This document shows positions 46,017 to 52,721 of a DNA stretch of 64,000 nt, one piece after another. Position 1 is the stretch's first letter, and each line of letters begins with the position of its first letter. Origin of the DNA: Candidatus Saccharimonadota bacterium (GTDB lineage: Bacteria; Patescibacteriota; Saccharimonadia; Saccharimonadales; Saccharimonadaceae); assembly GCA_017556795.1 (NCBI GenBank), contig JAFYLZ010000001.1, forward strand, positions 55,499-119,498, read 5' to 3'. The notes beneath the pieces were generated by a model that made no database searches, was not told where the DNA came from, and saw only the letters and a program-made list of their open reading frames with translations. The translations under genes were made by a program, and so were the position numbers.

Positions 46017-47611
46017 TTTTTCCCTTTGCTAAAGATGCCTAGATACGATTTAAATCCATATTTTTGCGCCTTATTTGGCACGAATTCCTTGTAGACACGC
46101 GTTTTTCTCAGATCAAAGATAAAGGTCACAAACAGATATAGCGTGTTAAACGATAGCCAGAGCAACGGAATGATATAAAGTTGCAAACCGGTAAATCTCG
46201 ATTTATAAACTGCTAACACAATACCGAAGATACTAAGAAGTAGCAGCACCAAATGATAGAAGAACATCTTGTAATCAACTTTGGTTTTTTCGCTCTTTTT
46301 GCCTTTTGGCGTCACCTCAAACTTCGTGCTACCAAAGCCAAGCGTCTCTTTAATAATTGGACCAATTAGAAGCGGCGCCTGAATCAGCTCATAAATCTTG
46401 CTCCAGGTTGAAGACTTATGACGATTCTCAAGCAAATCAATCACGAAGCGCTTAATCAGATACTGCGTAAAGAAGATCGGTACAAACACCTGTAAATCGC
46501 CCTTAATCGCAATGATGCCAAAGTACGAGAACAGGAGCGGCAAGATCAAATAAAGCATTCTTTTCACGCTAAATTGCCAATAATTAATCGAAACAAAGTA
46601 ATCGAGTTTTTGACGGAAATTTAGACCGCGGTTCCTAAATACACCGTAGCGCTTAATCGTCTGAATACAGCCACGGCCCCACCTTGAACGCTGCCTGAGG
46701 AACGCTGCCGCATCATCAATTGCTTCACCGTGTGCCAAAACCTCGTTGATCGCAATTCCCTGGTAGCCAATCGATTCAATTAACATGCCGGTCGCCACAT
46801 CCTCCGCGATGGAATCTTCTGCAAAGTTACCGGCATTCTTCAAAGCCTTTCTCGAAATCACACAGTTCGTGCCACAAAGAATCACTGAGTTCACGTTGTT
46901 GCGCGCCAGCTGAATGTGGTGGTAGAAATAATCTTGTTCAAATGGAATATTTTTATTCAGCCTTGCTTGGAAAATATCTGGATTATTAAAGCTCTGCGGC
47001 GTCTGGACAAAGCCGATATTGTCATATTTCACGAAAAACGGCATCGTGCGCATAAGGAAATCCTCGGTCGGTTGCATGTCGGCATCAAAAATCGCCACAT
47101 ACGGAGATTTGGTCACGCCTAGTGCATGGTTGTAGTTGCCAGCCTTGGCTCCCTTATGGCTGGTCCTGGTCAAATGCTTAATCTTGTACTTGCGAGCTAG
47201 CCCCGCCAAGCTGCTACGGTTTCCATCATCACAGAGGTAAATATGCACCTTTTTCGGATCTGGATACTTCATTTTGGAGCAAGCTTCCAAAGTTTTCTCG
47301 AGGAACTTCGCGTCTTCATTAATCGTAGCAATAAACACGTCCACCTCTGGTAAATCCTCATTTTTCACCTTTGGAACTTGTGGAGATTTCTTGCTCATAC
47401 AGAGTGTGTTCCAGAAATAAACAATAAATTCAATCGCCTCAATCGTTTCAGCCGCAATCACGATCAAACCAAAAATTATATCGAGGGCGCCCAGTTCAAA
47501 CGGCAAGGTAAAGGCAAAACGGTACCCAATATAGACCAAAGTTGTTACGAGAGCCACAGCATAAACTGCAATCTTGACGGGGTTCTCCCGTTTTTTCACG
47601 GCATATTTCAT
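46013..47611 (-). CDS. GT2 cellulose-synthase-like processive glycosyltransferase
   Basis: DDG, KAGNYN, FDAD, QTPQSF, AEDVATG, QRSRWGRG; TMs at both ends; no PilZ domain. Confidence 0.9.
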   Translation of the reverse strand: MKYAVKKRENPVKIAVYAVALVTTLVYIGYRFAFTLPFELGALDIIFGLIVIAAETIEAIEFIVYFWNTLCMSKKSPQVPKVKNEDLPEVDVFIATINEDAKFLEKTLEACSKMKYPDPKKVHIYLCDDGNRSSLAGLARKYKIKHLTRTSHKGAKAGNYNHALGVTKSPYVAIFDADMQPTEDFLMRTMPFFVKYDNIGFVQTPQSFNNPDIFQARLNKNIPFEQDYFYHHIQLARNNVNSVILCGTNCVISRKALKNAGNFAEDSIAEDVATGMLIESIGYQGIAINEVLAHGEAIDDAAAFLRQRSRWGRGCIQTIKRYGVFRNRGLNFRQKLDYFVSINYWQFSVKRMLYLILPLLFSYFGIIAIKGDLQVFVPIFFTQYLIKRFVIDLLENRHKSSTWSKIYELIQAPLLIGPIIKETLGFGSTKFEVTPKGKKSEKTKVDYKMFFYHLVLLLLSIFGIVLAVYKSRFTGLQLYIIPLLWLSFNTLYLFVTFIFDLRKTRVYKEFVPNKAQKYGFKSYLGIFSKGKK

Positions 47612-47668
47612 TAACGTATTACTCCACTTTAATACCCCTATTATACACTATTATGTTATAATTCTTTT

Positions 47669-48688
47669 ATGAAAATTTTGGGGATCGAAACTAGCTGTGA
47701 CGAAACCGCTGCCGCCGTTGTCGAAGACGGCGTTCGTATTTTGAGCAACGTTGTCGTTTCCCAGATTGATATCTTCGCCGAATACGGTGGCGTCATCCCT
47801 GAAATCGCCGCCCGTTCTCATCTTGAAGCCATGATGCCAGTCGTGAATCGCGCCTTAAAGGACGCCGGCTGCACCTGGGACGATATCGACGCTATTGCCG
47901 TTACTCATGCTCCAGGCTTGCTCGGTTCCCTGTTAATCGGCACCCTCACCGCCCGCACTTTGGCCATTTTGCACGATAAGCCCCTTTACGCCGTTCATCA
48001 CCTCAAATCTCACATCTATGCCAACTGGCTTGAGCGTGAAAAGTTCCCTGAATTTCCAATTCTTGCCCTCGTCGTCTCTGGTGGCCACACCCAGATTCTC
48101 TCTATGCAAAAACATAACGATTTTAAGATTATTGGCACCACTTTCGACGATGCCGTCGGTGAATGTTTCGACAAAATCGCCAAAATCCTTGGTCTTCCCT
48201 ACCCTGGTGGCCCATCTATTGCCAAGGCCGCCACAAACGGTGACCCCAATAAATATCGCTTCCCACATCCAAAAGTCGACGGTTACAACTTCTCCTTCTC
48301 TGGTCTAAAGACCGCTGTGCTCCGCGCCGTTCAAAAAGAGCTCGGCCTCCCTATCAGCCACCCATCTCACGACCTCAAAAATCATCTCTCTGAAAAGCAG
48401 ATCGCCGATTTCGCCGCCAGCTTCCAAAAAACCGCTGTCGATATCTTAAAAGAGACTCTTGAAAAGGCCGAAATTGAATACCCGGCCAAATCCATCGTCC
48501 TCGCCGGTGGCGTCTCTGCCAATACCGAACTTAGAAACGCCCTAAAAAACGCCTATTTCCCAGAGGTCCGCTTCTCTGGCGACAACGGTGCCATGGTGGC
48601 CGCCGCCTGTTATTTCGAAATTCAAGACGGCAAACAGCCAACCGATCCATACCAGCTAAATATTTATCCTCGCATAACCATTTCTTAA
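47669..48688 (+). CDS. tsaD: tRNA N6-adenosine threonylcarbamoyltransferase
   Basis: ILGIETSCDETAAA, ARSH, HHLKSH, VSGGHT, DDAVGECFDK, DNGAMVA. Confidence 0.97.
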   Translation: MKILGIETSCDETAAAVVEDGVRILSNVVVSQIDIFAEYGGVIPEIAARSHLEAMMPVVNRALKDAGCTWDDIDAIAVTHAPGLLGSLLIGTLTARTLAILHDKPLYAVHHLKSHIYANWLEREKFPEFPILALVVSGGHTQILSMQKHNDFKIIGTTFDDAVGECFDKIAKILGLPYPGGPSIAKAATNGDPNKYRFPHPKVDGYNFSFSGLKTAVLRAVQKELGLPISHPSHDLKNHLSEKQIADFAASFQKTAVDILKETLEKAEIEYPAKSIVLAGGVSANTELRNALKNAYFPEVRFSGDNGAMVAAACYFEIQDGKQPTDPYQLNIYPRITIS

Positions 48689-48711
48689 TTAGTGGTATAA
48701 TAAAATTAATT

Positions 48712-50013
48712 ATGTCGAAAACTTTTGTTACTCTGACCCCTGAGGAATTTGATAAATTCGCCGAAAAATCGCCGATTTCCAATTTCCAACAATCTTCTGC
48801 CTGGGCCAATCTTAAAGCCGAAAACGGCTGGAAAGCTCATTTTATAGGGGTAAAAGACGACAAAATTATCGCCGCCGCTCTCATCCTTGAAAAACCTTTG
48901 CCGATGCACCGCTCGATGTTCTATGCGCCACATGGTCCACTCCTAGATTATAACGATTCTTCCCTGTTAAAATTTTTCACCGAGCATCTCAAAGGCTACG
49001 CCAAAAAACATCGTGCAATCTTCTGCAAAATCAACCCAGAAATCGTCAATATTGAACGCGATATCAATGGCGCACCTCTAGAAAATGGCGAAAACAATAC
49101 TAAAATCGTCGAAAATCTCAAAAAGCTCGGCTTCAAGCACCACGGTTTTAGAACCGAAGGCAATATTGAGCCACAATACGCTTTTGTGCTCAATATCAAC
49201 GGCCGCAGCGTCGACGAACTCTATAGCAACCTCAAGGGCGCCCATCGCACGCGCATCCGCCAGAACGAGAAAAACCACGTCTCTGTTCGCCAGATTAGCT
49301 ACGAAGAACTTCCGGAATTCAAGAAAATCATGGCTCACACCGCAGACCGTCGCGGTTTTACCGATCGTCCGCTCAAGTATTACCAAAATTTCTGGAAAGC
49401 TCTCGGCGACCGCCATATTATCTATCTATCAGAGGTAAATCTCAAAGATTACGAGGCTAGCGTTACTGCCGAAAAAGCCGTTTTGGACGAAAAACTTGCT
49501 AAATTAACCAAAAACCTCGAACGCACCTCTCACAAAGAAAAAATCGAGAAGCAAATCGCCTCTGTTAAACAAGATATTTCCGAGCTCGAAAATCGCCTCA
49601 AAAAATGTGCTTCTTACAAAAAACAGGCCAAAAACGACATTCTCACCCTTGGCGCCCTGCAATTTGTTCGCACCAACCGTGAAATTACCTCTGTTTTTGG
49701 CGGCAATTACGGCGACTACCGCGAATTTAACTCCGCCTACTCTTTAAACTGGGAAATGATCAAATATGCCGCCGAAAACGGCTACCAAAAATACAATTTT
49801 TACGGTATTTCCGAGTTCAAAAACCCGAAGGACCCAAATTTTGGCCTCTATGAATTCAAACGTGGTTTTGGCGGCCAAGTCGAGGAATATATCGGCGAAT
49901 TCGACCTCATTACCTCTAAATTCTGGTATCTTGGCTACAAAATAGCTTACGAGCTCCCAAAGAGTCTCCGTCGTCGCAAAAATAATAAGAAATTCGCAAA
50001 AAAGGAAGGCTAA
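48712..50013 (+). CDS. FemABX/MurM-family peptidoglycan peptidyltransferase (with coiled-coil arm)
   Basis: FQQSSAWANLK, YAPHGPLLDY, KIN-PE, WEMIKYA, YNFYGI, FKRGFGG. Confidence 0.92.
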   Translation: MSKTFVTLTPEEFDKFAEKSPISNFQQSSAWANLKAENGWKAHFIGVKDDKIIAAALILEKPLPMHRSMFYAPHGPLLDYNDSSLLKFFTEHLKGYAKKHRAIFCKINPEIVNIERDINGAPLENGENNTKIVENLKKLGFKHHGFRTEGNIEPQYAFVLNINGRSVDELYSNLKGAHRTRIRQNEKNHVSVRQISYEELPEFKKIMAHTADRRGFTDRPLKYYQNFWKALGDRHIIYLSEVNLKDYEASVTAEKAVLDEKLAKLTKNLERTSHKEKIEKQIASVKQDISELENRLKKCASYKKQAKNDILTLGALQFVRTNREITSVFGGNYGDYREFNSAYSLNWEMIKYAAENGYQKYNFYGISEFKNPKDPNFGLYEFKRGFGGQVEEYIGEFDLITSKFWYLGYKIAYELPKSLRRRKNNKKFAKKEG

Positions 50014-50951
50014 TGCAAACATCCCTGTTACAATCCAAAAAATGGCAAAAACTCCAAGACGATCTCGGTGAGACCACTTTTACCGCTAACGAGGACGATT
50101 TCAGCTATCTTGCCATCTTAAAAAACACTCCATTCGGCAAATACCTCTATCTCCCTTATGGCCCAGTTTATGATACCGAAAAAGGTTTCAAAAACGCCCT
50201 CCGCGACCTCTCTAACCTCGCCGAAAGAAATCAGGCTTTCTTTATCAGGATTGAGCCTCAAGACAAAGAAAACGCCAAACTTTTGACCAAAAAAGCCAGT
50301 TTTGCCGGCCTTACTATCAAAAAAACCAAAGATTTGAACCCGGCCGAAACCTGGGTAATCGATCTTTCCGGCTCCGATGACGATCTAAAAAAGCGCCTGC
50401 CATCCAGATTGCTTCGCTACTGGCGCGCCATGGACAAAAACGGTTTCAAAATCGAAACTTCCAAAAACCCAGAAGACGCCAAATACCTCTTAGATTTGCA
50501 AAAAAAGCTTGCCAAAAAGAAGAAAATCAGCACCGTTTCTGAGTCGTATTACAAGACCCAGCTTAAGCAAGATTTTGCCACCCTTTATTTGGTCAAAAAA
50601 GACGACAAAGTCGTCGCCGCTGGCCTAGTTTTTGACTTCAAAAACACTCGTTATAACCTTCAGGGCGCCCAAGACGAAGAGTACCGCAAATTCCACGCCA
50701 CCGGCATCCTCACCATCCAGCTAATTCTCGACGCCAAAGCAAAAGGCCTAAAAATCTTCGATTGTTGGGGTATCGCTCCCGAAAACGCGCCAAAAAACCA
50801 CCCTTGGGCCGGTTTTACCGCCTTCAAGAAGACTTTTGAAGGCCGTGAAGTCGATTACTGCGGCGACTACGATCTAATCCTTAGCAAACGCAAATACCGC
50901 CTCTACAAGGGCTTCCGCAAGGTCAATCGCCTCATCCGCAAGGCTAAATAA
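50013..50951 (+). CDS. FemX-like GNAT peptidoglycan bridge enzyme (short form)
   Basis: LLQSKKW, YLPYGP, IRIEP, DCWGI, GFTAFKKTFEG. Confidence 0.88.
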   Translation: MQTSLLQSKKWQKLQDDLGETTFTANEDDFSYLAILKNTPFGKYLYLPYGPVYDTEKGFKNALRDLSNLAERNQAFFIRIEPQDKENAKLLTKKASFAGLTIKKTKDLNPAETWVIDLSGSDDDLKKRLPSRLLRYWRAMDKNGFKIETSKNPEDAKYLLDLQKKLAKKKKISTVSESYYKTQLKQDFATLYLVKKDDKVVAAGLVFDFKNTRYNLQGAQDEEYRKFHATGILTIQLILDAKAKGLKIFDCWGIAPENAPKNHPWAGFTAFKKTFEGREVDYCGDYDLILSKRKYRLYKGFRKVNRLIRKAK

Positions 50952-50963
50952 CTTCTATGTACT

Positions 50964-50987
50964 AAAATCGCCTATTTAGGCGATTTT
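50964..50987. terminator. Bidirectional terminator overlapping the stop of the small ORF
   Basis: aaaatcgcct-attt-aggcgatttt. Confidence 0.8.
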
Positions 50988-51187
50988 TTGTCGAATTTTG
51001 CCAGGTTAAACAACGGGGTCTTATCAGCGTCGATAATTCCCTGCGCCTTTTTAAGTAGTTTATTCAAGCCCTGTTCAGAAGAAGCCGAGCCCACGTGCAC
51101 CGTTTTCACCACGCGGCCATGCTCTTTGTAACAAACCTGTACGCCAGTCGCACCAGAGCCAGTTTCAAATTTTCGAATAAACGCCAT
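50972..51187 (-). CDS. Stand-alone 71-aa protein resembling the N-terminus of IS1634-family transposases
   Basis: MAFIRKFETGSGATGVQV...VHVGSA...L..LLKKA; TGGTAAAAT 6 nt upstream of the ATG. Confidence 0.7.
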   Translation of the reverse strand: MAFIRKFETGSGATGVQVCYKEHGRVVKTVHVGSASSEQGLNKLLKKAQGIIDADKTPLFNLAKFDKKSPK

Positions 51188-51262
51188 ACCGTCATTTTAC
51201 CATAATTCCCTGCCCCGCCTACTTTTAGTATCACTGTCTCGAAAAATTTTTCTGGAGCCATT

Positions 51263-51289
51263 AAGGGTTTTCGCGAAGCGAAAACCCTT
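51263..51289. repeat. Perfect 12-bp inverted repeat with a GAA loop
   Basis: aagggttttcgc-gaa-gcgaaaaccctt. Confidence 0.9.
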
Positions 51290-51396
51290 GGGGTAAAATA
51301 CCTTTTTTGACCCTCCAAAATCCACAACAATTCCCCGTCTTTTTCCACACAAAACATAAGCACTAAATCCATAATTCCCTATATATTAGCAACCAC

Positions 51397-51425
51397 TTGA
51401 CTTAGCATCCCGCTCGCGCTAAAAT
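51397..51425 (+). promoter_or_regulatory. Near-consensus sigma70 promoter with no long ORF downstream
   Basis: TTGACT-17 nt-TAAAAT. Confidence 0.6.
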
Positions 51426-51613
51426 CAAAATAACAATTATGCTTAATTCGAAGCGTAATTGGGAGAAAACGGTTATGCTATGACATAAAAACCGTAAGCA
51501 TGTCAACTGTCAAAAAGCATAATCGGCATTTCGTAAAGAAAAATCACGTGTGAAATATAACGTGAAAATTCTGCATTCCAACTTTTTGTTGAAAATAACA
51601 GGGAAGAAACATG

Positions 51614-51639
51614 AAAAAGGCCGCCAAATAATGGCGGCC
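51614..51639 (-). terminator. Terminator for the minus-strand ORFan
   Basis: ggccgcca-ttatt-tggcggcc then T-run on the minus strand. Confidence 0.75.
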
Positions 51640-51659
51640 ATGAGTGTGGAAGATCTTTG

Positions 51660-51971
51660 TTAGAAGTCGACTTCGTCTCTGAGCAATGCCAGCAGAAATT
51701 CTTTATCTTCTATCGTCTCGAGCAGCACCACAAGCGCGCTGCCATCCGCCGGCAATACAAAGTAATTCCGCATAGCGGCGGATCCGAGAGCTTCTTTGAT
51801 GTAATTTTCCGCCTCCAGTCCAATAGTATTCCCGCGTAAATACATTTTTACGCCGTAATCGCCGCAGGCTTCAAAATCATTTACATATGTTTCCAGAATA
51901 CCATCTACGTGCTCAGATAACCTCCGTCTAGACGTGCCATATAAGCCATCCAATCTTTCCTGATGCGTCAT
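51660..51971 (-). CDS. Hypothetical acidic small protein
   Basis: SD AGGAGGTG, upstream TGGTATAAT, own terminator. Confidence 0.7.
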   Translation of the reverse strand: MTHQERLDGLYGTSRRRLSEHVDGILETYVNDFEACGDYGVKMYLRGNTIGLEAENYIKEALGSAAMRNYFVLPADGSALVVLLETIEDKEFLLALLRDEVDF

Positions 51972-52070
51972 ACACATCACCTCCTAAAAGAACAAAATAT
52001 GCAAGGACCTCCCTGCACTTGGCACCATTATACCATATCTATGCTAAAATGATTAAAAAGAGAGGGAACC

Positions 52071-52676
52071 ATGGCAAAACTATATTTCAGATACGGCGCA
52101 ATGGGTTGCGGCAAAACCATCCAACTACTTCAAGTCGCCTTCAACTACGAAGAACGAGGAATGAAGGTCTGTGTGATTAAACCCACTACCGACACCAAAA
52201 ACGGCACAAAATTGCTAACTCGTATTGGCCCAGAGCGCACCACTGACCTCTGTTTTGACAGGAAAGCCAACCTCTATGATCTAATCTCAAAGAAATTCAA
52301 AGACGTCGCCTGTGTACTCGTCGACGAAGCTCAATTCTTGACACCGAAACAAGCCGACGAACTCATGCTCGTTACCATCAACCTAGATATTCCAGTTATG
52401 GCTTACGGCCTCCGCCTCAACTTCCGTCAAGAAGATGGCGGCTTCGAAGGCGCCACAAGGCTTCTCCAAATCGCACATGATATTGGCGAGATTAAAACTA
52501 TATGCAGCTGCGGCCACAAAGCCACAAGAAACAGCCGTTTCTTAAATGGGGAACTAGTCACCGAAGGCCCAGACATCCTCATCGACGATGGCAAAACCAA
52601 AATCGAATATCGAGCCCTCTGCCCAGCCTGCTTTGAAAAATATAAGCGCAAAGCCCAGCAAAAAACCAGCAAATAA
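52071..52676 (+). CDS. tdk: Thymidine kinase
   Basis: YGAMGCGKT, VDEAQF, YGLR, ICSCG, YRALCPAC. Confidence 0.95.
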   Translation: MAKLYFRYGAMGCGKTIQLLQVAFNYEERGMKVCVIKPTTDTKNGTKLLTRIGPERTTDLCFDRKANLYDLISKKFKDVACVLVDEAQFLTPKQADELMLVTINLDIPVMAYGLRLNFRQEDGGFEGATRLLQIAHDIGEIKTICSCGHKATRNSRFLNGELVTEGPDILIDDGKTKIEYRALCPACFEKYKRKAQQKTSK

Positions 52677-52702
52677 AAAGCGCCCCAAACGGGGCACTTT
52701 TT
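52675..52702. terminator. Bidirectional terminator between tdk and valS
   Basis: aaaaagcgcccc-aaac-ggggcacttttt. Confidence 0.75.
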
Positions 52703-52721
52703 TATCTCTGTTCCACCCCTG

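Noticed and set aside
51106-51372. 88-aa minus-strand ORF with TGCTAATAT 10 nt upstream
   Set aside because: It runs through the palindromes and overlaps the promoter and start of the 71-aa gene out of frame, with no protein-like motif; not excluded but unsupported
51190-51655. oriC in the large intergenic region
   Set aside because: The plus strand looks C-rich on both sides (no skew switch by eye), no dnaA/dnaN is nearby, and only one box fits the relaxed consensus
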